64,000 bases of DNA from Gracilinanus agilis (Eukaryota). Location: NCBI RefSeq assembly GCF_016433145.1, contig NC_058130.1, positions 114,505,349 through 114,569,348 of the forward strand. The letters run 5' to 3'. Under the pieces are notes generated by a model. That model did not search any database and was not told the DNA's origin. It worked only from the letters and a program-made list of their open reading frames with translations. The position numbers and the translations under genes were made by a program. Below, one piece after another: positions 13,401-25,985 of the stretch. The number at the start of each line of letters is the position of its first letter. The stretch's first letter is position 1.

Positions 13401-13809
13401 CAAGGAGTATAAAGATTTATGGATTTATACAATTAAAAATGAGCTCTGATCCCTCCCCTCCCTCTCACCTGCAATATACAGCTCCTTTTTTGAACTTTAT
13501 TCTTTTTCCTATAACCTTGACATAATGAAGTAGACTCTACTTAGAAGCAGATAAACAATCTTGCATATTGCATAGAGTTGTTTTTATTTAGCATAGAATC
13601 AATAAGTGAATAAATAGTGCATGGATAAAATAGATCAATGCATAATAACAGAATATATAAATGCATAATAAAATAATGTCTCCCTAGAATCTGTTAGTCT
13701 TCTACTCTTCTCTGCCACAAAAGTCCCTCAAGTATAGAATTGATCTGGATCCAGAAGTTTTAGATAAAGTAAAGCTTGAGTTTGTTTAGTTTCTTGCTGC
13801 TCTTTTTCA

Positions 13810-14090
13810 GAGGCAATTAGGTGGTACAGTGGATAGTTTTTGCCCTGGAGTAGGGAAGACTTGAGTTCAAGTGTGGCCTTAAACACTAATCATGTGACCC
13901 CAGACACAATTTTTCCACTTGCTTCAGTTTTCTCATCTATAAAGTGGGGATTATAGCATCTACCTCCCAGATTGTTATGAAGATTAACTGAGATAATAAT
14001 TGTTAAAAAAAAAAAGCACTTAGCACAATACCTGGCACACAGTATGCACTATATAAATGTTAGATTTTATTATTATTATCATTATTATTA
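13810..14090 (+). mobile_element. Full-length MIR-type SINE
   Basis: Head, CORE and tail (GCACTTAGCACAATACCTGGCACACAGTA) with (ATT)n end. Confidence 0.88.
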
Positions 14091-14529
14091 TTCCCTTCTA
14101 GTGGACAAAAGTGGCTTCATCAAAAATATTTTATGTCAGATTCTCATTTCCTTTTTAAAATTTTTGACTGTCACTCAGTTGGCAGATCAGGGGAATGTTG
14201 TATATACATATAACCTAAAAATTTACCAAATTATCTCATTTTAAGTTTTTTGGGAAACTAAAGAGAGGTTTGGGATAGGTGGTATTATAAACAGATGGTT
14301 TGAGAAGTATTATAATTGAATGACTGGACACAAAGAGTAATAATTAGTAGTTAGATGCCAGCTTTGAAAGAAGCCTCCAATGGAGCATTCTGGGGATATT
14401 TATTTGGCCCTGTGATTTATGACATTATCAATGAATTAAATGTTCAGATGGCATACATATTTTTTCAATTTTATCAATAAATTTAATAAGTGTGTGTGTG
14501 TGTGTGTGTGTGTTTGTGTGTGTAGTCTA

Positions 14530-14775
14530 TGGGACAGCTAAGTGGTACAATGCATAGAGCGCCAGACCTGGAGCCAGGAAGACTCAGTTGACTCCATATC
14601 AGGTCTCAGACATATATTAGATGTGTAACCCTGGGCAAGTCACTTAATCCTAGTTTCCTTACCTATATAATGAGCTGGAGAAGGAAATGGGAAATCACTC
14701 TAGTGTCTTTGCCAAGAAAATTCTTCATGGGCTCATGAAGATTCAGAAGATCTGCCTGAAGTAACTGAACAACAT
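14530..14775 (+). mobile_element. MAR1-type SINE (CORE plus BovB/RTE-like tail)
   Basis: GAGCTGGAGAAGGAAATGGGAAATCACTCTAGTGTCTTTGCCAAGAAAA...ACTGAACAAC. Confidence 0.85.
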
Positions 14776-14912
14776 AGATGATAAACATTAAATTTTTAGG
14801 CTCAAAACTTGTAGGAATAGGCAGGTAATATGTTGTATTAAAAGTCAAAAGAACACTGGACCAAATTTAATATGATGAGATTTAAAGATTTAACAACTAT
14901 AAATGTAAAGTC

Positions 14913-15241
14913 ACACAAAGGGCTATGGAGAGTCACATGGTAGACATATAAACGATTTGTAGAGGAAAAGGTATATATAAAGGACGTCATCAAAACATGC
15001 ATAGCTTGAAAAAAGGTGGGTTGGTCACATGGCAAGAACAAGGAATTGACAGCCTTATGTTATTATCTACATCATGTCAAGAGAGTTATAGGAAGATTTC
15101 TGACATGTTGGGTGTACCTTTTGGGGAGACTTATAGGAATATATGGTCCAAAGTTATACTATATAGACAAGTGTGTTGGGGTTGTGATTTGTGTGATTGG
15201 GGGAAATCAATATCAATGAGATCATAGATAAAGTATTTAAG
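14913..15241 (+). mobile_element. 5'-truncated RTE LINE with 13-bp TSD, inserted into L3
   Basis: TSD TAAATGTAAAGTC at 14900-14912 and 15242-15254; translation TQRAMESHMV...WVGHMAR...GCDLCDW matches the RTE C-terminus. Confidence 0.8.
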
Positions 15242-17204
15242 TAAATGTAAAGTCTAACCCTTGGGTTAAAAATATCAATTTCACAGTAACAGATGGAAGG
15301 GTCCTAGCTCTACAGCAGTTGATCTAAAACATCTGGGTTTTCTAAAGGACTGTAATTTCAATGGGAGTCAGCAGTGTGATATGGCAACCAAGAATGGTAA
15401 TGTGATCTTGGCCTGTATTCATCGGGAAAAGCTTAGTATCTAGAAATGAGGAAAGCACACAGTCTTACTGTACTTTGCCTTGGTCTGACACACATATCAT
15501 GTTCAGTCCTGACTGCACCATTTTAGGAAGGACATTATAAACTGGAGTACATTGAGATGAAGGCATACAAGATGGCAAAGGGATTCAAGTTTGTGCTGTA
15601 TGAGAATCTGTTGAAGGAGAAGAGAAATGAGGGTGATTATAGTAACCCCAAGTATTTAGAGGGCTGTCATATGGAAGAGAGATTAGACTTGGTCTACTCA
15701 ACTACAAAAAGTGGAATGAGGAGCAATAGGAGTGAGTTGTAAAGTTATATTCAGGTTTAATAAGAAAGAAAGAAACTTCTTAACAATTAGATTATTTAAA
15801 AGTAGGATTGGCTACCTGAAAGTGCAATAGGTGGGTTTCCTCTCATTAAAGGTGAAGATGTTGGATGGCTACTTGTAGGTAGGAATGCTCTAGAGGGGGT
15901 TCTTTTTTAGGTATGGGTGAGAGTGGGTGACCTCTAAGAAACCTCCAGCTCTTCAAATTCTGCTGGTTATTAATGGCGGAGCTGGGATTAAAACCCAGAT
16001 CCCCTGATACTGGTTCTTTCTATTACATTATGCTTCCCTCTAGCAAAGTAGTAATACATGGAGATATTTCATTTGAGAAACAGTGCCAAAATTTGCTCAG
16101 TTTTATCTTTTAGTTGTAACAGATTGCTGCTCCCAAGGTTAGGACACAGCTGAGGTCTCTGCAGGATGCGGGCAGGTTGTCAGAAGGAACATGGACGCAT
16201 GCTCATACATACTCATAATTGTGGATTCAACAGGCTCCTTTGTAATTCGACAAATCTCTCTCACTAGGCCTACATTCCAGGAAGCTTGTACCATTAATAA
16301 CTCTTTATTAGCTCATACACTGTTTGTGTTGTTGCTGATAGACTACAAAGGAGAGAAATGTTGCTTCCATTTAATTCTTACTGGGCAAAGAAAATCTGTG
16401 CTTTATATCAATCCTTATATGATAATGCCGAAGTATTACATGTTTTTCTTTGCAGTTAAGTCAAGTTCTTTGTCACTGAGATCAGCATGCTATAACTAGA
16501 TTTGCCTTCTCTCTTTTCTCAGATGAAAACATTTAGGCCTTTGTAGGATAGTAGGTTTTGGTGGTCAAAAGATCATTTAATCCAGGCTCTTCATTTTACA
16601 AATGAAGATCCAGAGAAATGGAACAAAATGTTTTGGTACCACAAAATCAACAAATGTTACAAATCCAGGGTTTGATTATTGTTTTTCTGATTGTCACTCT
16701 AAACTTAAAAAAAGCATGGAGAAAATGTTAGTAATGCAGATTACATTTTAAAATGTGTCATACATAAATATTTTGTGAGGGAAGAGCTGGTTGTTATATA
16801 CTTACCAGACTATTCTGTCAGAGTCTCATGGCCACTAAGTGGTCGACCCAAATCTCTTAATTCTAAATCCAATGTGCTTTTGACTAGACCCCTAATGATT
16901 TTCTTAGATTCTCTTTCTCAACCTTTTTGATGGCATTGATCTTAAAGTAACAATGTGAGATGCAGTGGAGAGATGGTCAGTCTTAGATTTCAAGATCAAG
17001 TTGAACCTCTGACATGTATTAGTTATGTCAATAGGGGCATGTAGCTTAAACTCTCAGTCCCCAGGCAGCTTTCTCATAGTTGTTTGCTCGAGGTCTCTTT
17101 CATTACATTGTGAACTCCTGGAGAACAGGGAGTGTCTTTTGCCTTTCTTTGTATCTTTAATGCTTATTATAGTGTTCATAGTGGTACTTAATAAATGCTT
17201 ACTG

Positions 17205-20200
17205 ACTGATCTGTCTCTAAAGTACATCTCTACAACATTTTGGAGCAGTAGAACCAACAGAAGGCAGAGGGAAGCAGGGTTTTGGCAAAAAAAAAAATGG
17301 AGAGGGGCAGCAGGAAAGACTCATCTCCTTGGGGTAAGAGGTGAGATCATTGGAATCAGCAGTGTGAGGAGAAACCCAGTGCAAGCACAATTTGAGGAGC
17401 TTGAGGATAGGCCTGATGCCAACACACAACAAGGAGCTTAAGAGGTGACCTAGTGAAAGCAGATCTGGGGGGACCTTCAGGAGAAGGAACTCACAATATA
17501 AAGGGGAGCTGGCAGCAAAGGAGAGGAATCCAACTAAACCCACTGCATATGATACCCAAGAGAACCTAGGGGTTAGTACTTCCTCTACCCTAGAAGTGAA
17601 GCTGAGCTCTCAACATACAGACAAGATCAAGAAAAAAGTCTCTTCAGAATGAGTAAAAGACAAAGAAAAGGCCTGACCCTGAAAAGCTGTTTCAGCAACA
17701 GAGAAGCCAAAACACAAGCTCAAAGAAGACAACAAGGCCAAAACAAAAATGTGTGAATCTCAAAGGCAAATGTGAAAGGATGTCATGCCCAAAATAAACT
17801 TCTGGAAGAATTCTAAAAGATGATCAAAAGGTAAATAATAAGGGACTTGGAAAATCCATTAGAAAAGAAAATGAAAGAAAAAGTCAACAGCTTAGAGTAA
17901 AAACTCACTAAAGAAAACAGATTCCTAAAAAAGGAAATATATAACCTCAAAGAAGAAAATAACTCTCTCAAAATGGAAGTACAAAGCCTTAAAAAAATGG
18001 TTCCCTAAAAATTAGAATAAAGTGAATGAAGCTAATAATACCATAAGTTGTCTGGAAACAATAAAAACAAATTCAAAATAATGAAAGAAATAGAAGGAAA
18101 TCTAAACAATCTTACTAAAAAAAGAACTGAAAATAGATCTGGAAAACAGATCCAGAAGAGATAATTTAAGAATCATTGAACTGGAGGGCAGGTGGGTAGC
18201 TCAGTGTATTGAGAGCCAGGCCTAGAGATAGAAGGTCCTAGGTTCAAATCTGGCCTCAGACACTTCCTAACTATATGACCCCGGCAAGTCACTTAACCCC
18301 CATTGCCTAACCCTTACCGTTCTTCTGCCTTAGAACAATACAAAGTATTGATTCTAAGATGGAAGGTAAGAGTTAAAAAAAATAAAAGAATCATTGTACT
18401 GCCTAAAAGCTATGATCTTAAAAAGAGCCTGGATGCCATATAGCAAGAAATTTTCAGGGGAAATAGTCCTGATATTCTCAAACAAGAAGAGAAAAATAAA
18501 AATGGAAAGAATACACAAATCACCACCTAAAAGAGATCCCAAATAACAATCCCAAGACTATTACAGCCAAATTCCAGAACTCCCAGGCAAAGGAGAAAAT
18601 ATTACAACCAGTCAGAAGAAAAAAAAATTCAAATATCTTGGAACCATAGTTAGGATTTCATTGGACCTAGTGGATTCTACATTAAAGGACAAAAGACATG
18701 GAGCATAATATTTTGCAAAGCAAAGGATCTAGGACTACAACCAAGAATCATCTACCCAGAAAACTGAGTATAATACTCCAGGAGAAAAAAAAAATTCTCA
18801 TTTAATGAACTAGATGACTTCCAGACATTTCTGATAAGACAATTCAAGCTGAAAAGAAAATGTGATGATTAAATTCAATATTCAAGGGAAGCATTGAAAG
18901 GTAAAAAGAAAAGAAAAAAGTCAAGGGACTCAATGGGGTTAAACTGATCACATTCCTATATAGGAAAGTGTTAACTAGAATATTTAAGATATCTATGATA
19001 CAAGAGATACTTAAGGTATTTAAAATACTTAATGTAATCAAGGCACGCAATGAGGTTGATGTGATTGCATTATTATATAAGGTGATAACTAAGATACTCA
19101 AGCTATCTATGATATTTGGAATACCTAAGGAATATCTAAATTACTTAGGATATTTAAGATATGAAAGATGCTTAAGAACTTTATCATTATTAAGGCAGTG
19201 AATAGGATCATACATAGAGAGCAAGGAGTAAGATGAGTTTATGATATCCAGATGTAAAACAAGGCAAAACAAAATCAAGGGATAGGAAAAAAGGAGAGAA
19301 AGTTGGAGGTAAATTATTTTTCATGAAGAGGTATATATGAATCTAAATGGTGGAGTGGAAGATATTGGTCAGTGGGGCAGGGAATGCTTGAAACTTTCTC
19401 TCATGGAATTGGCACAAAGCAGGAATAATATCCATGTGCAGTTAGCTATAGAAATTCATCTTACTCTATAGAGAAGTAAAAAGGGAAGCTGGAATAAGAA
19501 AATGGAGGGTGAACTTGAGGAGACAGTAGTCAGAAACAAAAATATTTGTGAAGAGGGAAAGTCTGAAAGGAGAGGAATAGAATGATAAATAGGGGGAAAA
19601 TAATATGGAAAGAAATACACAGTAATCATAACTGTTAATGTGAATGGGATGAACTCACCCTTAAAATGGAATAGGATAGTAAATTAAAAGCTGGATTAAA
19701 AGCCAGAGTCCCATAATATGCTATCTACAAGAAACACATTTAAAGCAGAAAGATATATATAGACTAAAGGTAAAGGGCTTGAATAGAATCTATGCTTTAG
19801 CCAAAGTTTAAAAAGGAGGGATAGCAATTATGATCTCAGGCTGATTGAAATAGAATACTATTGCACCATAAGAAATGAAAATCAAAATGGTCACAAAAAA
19901 CCTGGGGAAACTTGTATGAAGTCTTGCAAAATTAAGTGAGCAAAACCAGGAGAATGTTGTACACAGTAATAGCAATAAAAGTGCAATGATCAGCTGTGAA
20001 TGATTTAACTATTATCAGTAATGCAAGGATCCAGGAAAACTCCAAGGGACCCATAATGAAAAATGCTTTCCATTGGTATGAAAGGAACTGACAAAGTCTA
20101 AATGCAGATTGAAGGATGCCATTCTTTACTTTATTTCCTCCGTAATGTTTTCTCTAGAGTAATAAATGTGTCTCTTTCACATTATGAACAAGGAAATGTG

Positions 20201-20375
20201 TAATATAAAACACATATATAATCTATAACATATTACCTGCCATCTTGGGAAAGAGGGAGAGATGGAAGGGAGAGAACATGGACTGTAACATGTCAAAAAT
20301 CTATTATTAAAAATTGTACCTACATGCAATCTGGAAAAAGAAGTTTGAAAAAGAATTTGAAAGTAAAAAAAAAGT
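17205..20375 (+). mobile_element. L1 with 5'UTR, degenerate ORF1, start of ORF2 endonuclease, then direct jump to the 3' end (internally deleted, HAL1-like)
   Basis: ORF1 start ATG 17649 (MSKRQRKGLTLKS); endonuclease motif IITVNVNGMNSP...LQETHLK at about 19622-19840; 3' terminal sequence from about 19845. Confidence 0.85.
18184..18385 (+). mobile_element. SINE1-type element inserted in L1 ORF1
   Basis: TSD AAGAATCATTG(A/T)ACTG at 18168-18183 and 18386-18401. Confidence 0.93.
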
Positions 20376-20699
20376 ATTATCTCTTCATAATTAGTTCTAC
20401 TCTCTCTCTTTCTCTCTTTCTTTCTCACTCCCTCCCCTTTCCTCCTTCCCTCCTTTGAGACAAGAAAGAATTTTGGCTTCTTTCCTCTTCTCCCCATCAA
20501 TGCCCACCCCAGGTCTGAGATTAGGACCATTCCCATCTCTCCTTTCTTTTATTTGTCTCTCCTTCTCTCCTTCCCTCTCTTTTTCCCTTTTTCCATACAT
20601 CACCACCTAATCTTTTGCAGAAATGAGGAATAGGTGCCAACTGACAGAAATATTACTCACTATCTAGTTGTCGGTCATAGATCCAGGGCAACTGAGGCA

Positions 20700-21230
20700 T
20701 CCCTGTGCCTAGGGATGGTGGTATGGGACAAGGAGCAATTGTGCTGTCCTAGGCTGGGTGCTGAGCAAGAAGCAGGTACAGAAGTGAGGAGCACCCGAGG
20801 GCTCCAACCATGGGAGCAGAAAAGGATGGGGTCTTAGTTCCATTCTCCAGCCCAGTTTGAGACCCACAATAGCATAACCAGGGAAAAGAGTCCAGACCAT
20901 TCTTTAAATTGGTAGAATTTTCTAGTTAACTAATGGTAGTTGAGTCCAGCAGCAGTCTGGCCATGGATGGATGCACAGACCCAAACCCAGGTCAGGAACT
21001 ATCAGAACTTAGACCAAGAAGACATCGCTCCATCTTTTCCCTATATCAGAAGCTCTGAGAACACCAAGAGCTTTTGAGTCCCCAGCCTGTGTTGTTCTAA
21101 AATTCTAAAAACCATACAGTACTTAGTACCTGGAAAATACTGAAAATACACCTTTACCTCTCCTTGACCTCAAAGGGACAAACTAAGAGCTTTGTTGTAA
21201 AGAGTTGCCCAGAGGCCCACTTAAACTGGA
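20700..21230 (+). mobile_element. Probable L1 5'UTR-derived fragment
   Basis: General resemblance to marsupial L1 5'UTRs; no diagnostic motif. Confidence 0.35.
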
Positions 21231-21699
21231 TGTAAAGAAAACCTCCCTAATAATTAGAGCAGTCCCAAAGTACAAAATGACACCATGAGAGATAAATTCC
21301 CTTTCACAAGAGACCTTTAAACAATTGTTGGAGATAATGAGGTATATTGTAGAGGGCATGCTTATTCAGATATGAGCTCAATCAGATGACTTCTAAAGCC
21401 TCTTCTAGCTCTAAGATACTGTGATTTCCATTTAAAGAAGGCTTTAAAACTTGAGGGGCCAGGAGATTAAGTGATTATGCCTTATAATTAGTAAACTTCA
21501 GAGGCTGAATGTGAACTCAGTCCTCCTAACTCTAAGATCAATGCCCTTTCTCTGACACCATAGCTTCCTCTCTCATAATGTGGTAATTTTCTGTTATGTT
21601 GAAATATAAAATTTAATTTCTCCAATAACTGGTTATTGAGAGTAAAAAATCCGGAATGATGAATGGGAGAGGTGTCATCAGAATGGAAATAAACAGATA

Positions 21700-21900
21700 T
21701 CATTTTGACAAAGAGTGCTACTTTTCCTCTCCTAATAGATCTATTTCTTTTGAACATTTTACACATACCCTTCATTGCCATGTTCCTGTCATGAATCCCA
21801 TCCCACCACATCTCCACGATATCTATGAAATTAGATTTGCCTCCTTGTGTTGTTAGCTGTTTTCAGCATGAGTATGCACCTGTATTTATACCATTCATTA
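21700..21900 (-). mobile_element. L3/CR1 endonuclease fragment
   Basis: Translation DIVEMWWDGIHDRNMAMKG...FKRNRSIRRGKVALFVK resembles the CR1 motif ITETWWD..HDW....GY.LFRRDR...GGGVALYVK. Confidence 0.8.
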
Positions 21901-22433
21901 GAGATTTATCTACATTTGTCACCTTTGCATTACATCTGACAAATCACAGGTTGTGCCTCTTCCAGATGCATATTTTAGAATAGCAAATTGAGTCTCTTTT
22001 CTTATCCCATATCAGAAATGACTTGCATCATTCATTAGACACTTCGCCTTTGAATTTTTTTTTCATACAGAAAGCTTGATATCTATTAAAACAAATCCTC
22101 CTTGACAGATCCCCATTCATTCACTCATCTTGACATCTTGCTAATTACTGTTTTACATAATGAAGATTCCACAATGTTTTATTTCATTTTGTTCTGAGTG
22201 TCAGTATTGAATGGAGGGAAACATCACATTGCTGCAAAGTTAAGAAAGAAAACCAGTGGCAATGAGACCGCTAGGAATATTCCAGCTTTTAAAGTTCAAA
22301 AGAATTATAGAATATTTCAACTTTTAACATTCTATTTGAGACAACTGCAAACTGTTTCTGTTTAATAAAGGCTTACTAAGCATTTATTAGAACTGACTGT
22401 TTTCTATCTTTGCTAGTCTTGGCTGACTTTCAG

Positions 22434-22515
22434 ATAAGAAAGAGTTTAGGCTTCTTTCCTCTTCTCCCCACCAATGCTCATCCCAGGTCTGAGATTAGGA
22501 CCATTCCTAAGGCAG
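22434..22515 (+). other. Candidate 82-nt exon
   Basis: GCTGACTTTCAG acceptor and CAG|GTGAGA donor; one open frame IRKSLGFFPLLPTNAHPRSEIRTIPKA; most of it duplicated at 20453-20533. Confidence 0.3.
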
Positions 22516-23049
22516 GTGAGAGTCCAGAAGAAATTTAATCTCTGTCCCTCTCCCAGATAAATATTTTTATTCGTGTGAAATCTGATAAAGATGAATACTA
22601 AGAACAACCTACAAAGGGGAGAGGAGAAGAGAAGTCTGCAACCTCCTGAAACCTCCATCCAGGGGAAGAGGATGGGTAGAGATATGGCACATAGAAGGAG
22701 AAAAGGAGGTAGAATGCTGACTTGTTGAGATACTCAGGCCCAGATAAGTGTGTTGGGAGGTTCTCTGTCCTAGTACCTGAGGTTATTTTTTAAATTCATA
22801 TTACTAGCTGGAACACACTTTCTCCTCTCCTCCATTCCATCTGAAACCTCTGTCCCATCATGCTGGACCTAGCACAAAGTATATGAGGCTGGGGGAAGAG
22901 GGAAAAGCAAAGTATGTAGTACCCAGAGATATCATAGCTGCAGCCACACTGTTATTAGAAATCTCACATAAATACACACATGCTCACATATGGGAAGTTC
23001 ATTATGTAGCTATTTATATATTCATATCCTCCAATTTTTTAGGACAAGT

Positions 23050-23262
23050 GCTTTTAATCTTTTTGTATCAGGGTCATGCAATGAAGCCTATGAACCTCTT
23101 TCCAAAATAATGTTTGTTGTCTACATTCTTAATAAAAGGAAGTGCTAAATTTTAATTGTAGTTAGTGTAAACAAAAAATGTTATTTTTAAAAATCATCAC
23201 TGATCCCTTAAAAATCTATCTGTGGCCACTTTGAGGCTTTGTAGACCACAGCCTTGGAATTT
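23050..23262. mobile_element. hAT-Charlie (Charlie4-like) non-autonomous DNA transposon remnant
   Basis: GAAGCCTATGAACCTCTTTCCAAAATAATGTTT and GGAAGTGCTAAATTT. Confidence 0.55.
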
Positions 23263-23768
23263 CTGTCCAAGAAGATCCTTAATTTTATTACTGTGAAAGG
23301 AGTCCTATACAGCCAGTGTAGACTGAAACTTTTTCATATCAGAGTAATTAGTTTTATGAGTTGCTGGGGCCAAAAAACTGTTCCACCCACCAACTAGTGG
23401 TTAACTATCTGGTGATGGAGTCTATTCCAATGGACACATGGGCCTTTACCATGCCCAATGATTTTCTAGTCTGGGAGATCCTACTAGAAGAGAATTAGAC
23501 TTTATTGAATTATACATATATAATCTGTGAACTTTGAATGCCCTTTTATTTCTTTGAATTATTGTTTTACCCTGGGCCCAGGGAGATGATTTATGGACAG
23601 AAAGACTCACAGAGCAGTTTCTCATGATTCTTACGTAGCAGAATAAGCATCTATCTCTCCTCCCTCTCCTATCTCTCCCCTCATCTGGAATCTTGATAAG
23701 CTCTTTTTTGAAAGAGGAAAGGAAGATTGATCAAGGAAGAAGGAATTAATCATTTATTAAGTACCTAT
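23140..23768 (+). repeat. Left arm of local inverted duplication (partner 24628-25335)
   Basis: 23456-23589 vs reverse complement of 24797-24930: 119/134 identical by hand alignment; further matching blocks on both sides. Confidence 0.92.
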
Positions 23769-24147
23769 AATGTGCCAGATACTGTGCTAGGTTCTAGGGA
23801 CTCAAAGAGTATAATAATCACAACTTTCAGTGAATTTACATTCTAAACGATGAGAGAGGATAAAGATATAATGTCCATGGGGTTAAGATCTACCCCACCT
23901 CTCATTTCGCCTCCTAACTTCTTTCCAGTAAACTTGCAATTGAGATAGGATAGCTAGGATAAGATGGGAAAGATGAAAGTATTGGGTTTGGTTACATGGG
24001 AAAGTCCCAATTTATAAGATACCACTGAAGACAAATTCTAAACATGGAGCAGAGAAAGGGACTAGAATCCACAAGAAGAAAAGATCAAAAGTTGTAGCTG
24101 TTGTGAATGTCATTTTGTCTGGTCAATTGGAGAAGCTCATTTTTCTT

Positions 24148-24324
24148 TTATTCAAAATCCTTAAGGAAAGAGTGCATGTTCCTCTCCTTCCATGAACACT
24201 GAGTATGTGTATTTGTACAATCATTTCCATCCACACCTGAAGACCTGGTAGGGCAACCAGGAGTGGCTCTAGATGTTTGCAGATTGAGTTGAATACCCTC
24301 TTTTGATCTTGGGAATACTGAAAC
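24148..24324 (-). CDS. Candidate terminal coding exon of unidentified gene (VSVFPRSKEG...SFLKDFE*)
   Basis: TTTCCTAAAG acceptor, phase 0 matches end of exon 26962-27139, 58 codons plus TAA overlapping AATAAA (24147-24152). Confidence 0.3.
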   Translation of the reverse strand, partial: VSVFPRSKEGIQLNLQTSRATPGCPTRSSGVDGNDCTNTHTQCSWKERNMHSFLKDFE

Positions 24325-24445
24325 CTTTAGGAAACGTCTGCTGTCTGCTAGCATACTCCAGAAAAAAGCAAATTGCAAGACCATTGGATGGGTGACTCAA
24401 ATAGAGCTCCCACCTAGTGAACAATTCAAATATTATACTCCTATG

Positions 24446-24575
24446 NNNNNNNNNNNNNNNNNNNNNNNNNNNNNNNNNNNNNNNNNNNNNNNNNNNNNNN
24501 NNNNNNNNNNNNNNNNNNNNNNNNNNNNNNNNNNNNNNNNNNNNNNNNNNNNNNNNNNNNNNNNNNNNNNNNNNN
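24446..24575. other. Assembly gap (N run); others at 36099-36230, 47911-48425, 63263-63352
   Basis: N characters. Confidence 1.
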
Positions 24576-24627
24576 TATACATATATATATCATACAAAGC
24601 TGAAATTTAGCATTTCCTAAATTTATG

Positions 24628-25335
24628 TATGGTGCTTAAAAGTTATTGATTCCTTCTTGATTGATCACATAGCTTCCTGCCCTGTTTCAAAAAAGAGCTC
24701 ATAAAGATTCCAGATGAGTAGATAGATGGAAGAGGGAGGAAAGATGGTTCCCTTCCTGTGAAAGGCTCATCCAAAACTGCTCTTTTTCTCCATGAATTAT
24801 CTCCCTGGGTCCAGGAGAAAGCAATAATTCAAAGAGATAAAAAGGCATTCAAAGTTCACAGGTTATATATGCATCTTTCAATAAAGTCTAATTCTCTTCT
24901 GGTAGGGTCTCCCAGGCTAGAAAACCATTGTGTTTGGGCCTGGTAAAAGTCACTGTGTCTGTCGTCAGAAGACAAGCCTAAATCAACTGGGATAAGCTCA
25001 TCACCAGAAAGCTAATCACTAGTTGGTGGATGGGACAGTTTTTTGGCCTCAGCAACTCATAAACTATTTATTATGACATGAAGGAGTCTCAGTATACATT
25101 GACTGATAGAAGGACTGTTTTCAGTAATAAAATCATAGTAAAAAAATAAAAACAAAACATAGCAGATATTCTAAGTCTGTGGTCCGGAAAGCCTCAAAGT
25201 AGCTATGGAAAGACTTTAAGGGGTTAATGACGTTGGATGGTTAAAAAAAAATCTTTTCTTTTCTGAAAATTTGTTATTTTTGTTATATTTGTTTTTGTTA
25301 TATTTTTGTTATATTTGTCTAACTGAAATTTGTTA
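24628..25335 (-). repeat. Right arm of local inverted duplication (partner 23140-23768)
   Basis: TTTCAAAAAAGAGCTC...GATTCCAGATGAG, GGCATTCAAAGTTCACAG and TTTTTTGGCCTCAGCAACTCATAAA mirror the left arm. Confidence 0.92.
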
Positions 25336-25729
25336 TTTCCCAATAACATATATATACACATATATATAGATATATAGATGTATAGATATAGAGAGGGGGG
25401 CATCTATATAATAACATGCATATATGTACATGTATAATGTATACATATCTTATTAAAAATAAATATTATAGATCAATTCTTCATGGATGTTATATGTATG
25501 ATACTTCTTCCACTGATGCAAATTACAAGCCTTATATATTTTAGTAGACTTATCATCATGATAAGTCTGTAGCTAAAAGATAATAATAATAATTACCTGA
25601 GGTCAGTCTTGGATCACCTTCACACCACAATAAGGCACTGGAGCAATGCCTTGGTGGAAGGCACAATGCCTTGATGGATATATGATTTCATAGACAGTTT
25701 TCTCTTCACATGAATATTATAATCCTCAG

Positions 25730-25985
25730 TGCTCTCTTTTCCCTTGTGATTCTTGTCCAACTCTTTCCATACATCCTCTTTAGAGAATCTACTCAATGAG
25801 CTTGGAGACTTTCCACTGATTCTTTTACTATTTCAGGGGTGTCAGTGAAACCACTTGAGTTGTCTCTCTGTCTCATGGCCTGCTCTGACTTGCTCCATTT
25901 GTGTCCTCAGTAATAGTTTGATGCCACTTCTCACATATAGCCCAACACTGGCAACCTACTGCAGTGTACTTCACATAATCAGAGA
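25730..25985 (-). mobile_element. RTE LINE 3' fragment
   Basis: Translation RAGHETERQLKWFH...VDSLKRMYGKSWTRIT resembles RTE WAGH...WVD.LWR.YG.TWTR. Confidence 0.7.

Larger units (their letters stand above)
14330..15965 (+). mobile_element. Fragmented L3/CR1 (RT to 3' end) hosting MAR1 and RTE insertions
   Basis: GGAGTCAGCAGTGTGATATGGCA, AAGTATTTAGAGGGCTGTCATATGGAAGAG; ORF 15557-15742 is CR1 RT C-terminus-like. Confidence 0.8.

Noticed and set aside
16801-16862. Perfect minus-strand donor CTG|GTAAGTAT with a 57-nt exon
   Set aside because: Stops in all frames, and the sequence is a degenerate MIR head
21488-21817. 109-aa ORF with an apparent AAGG|GTATGT donor
   Set aside because: It is a CR1/L3 endonuclease remnant running into a MIR3
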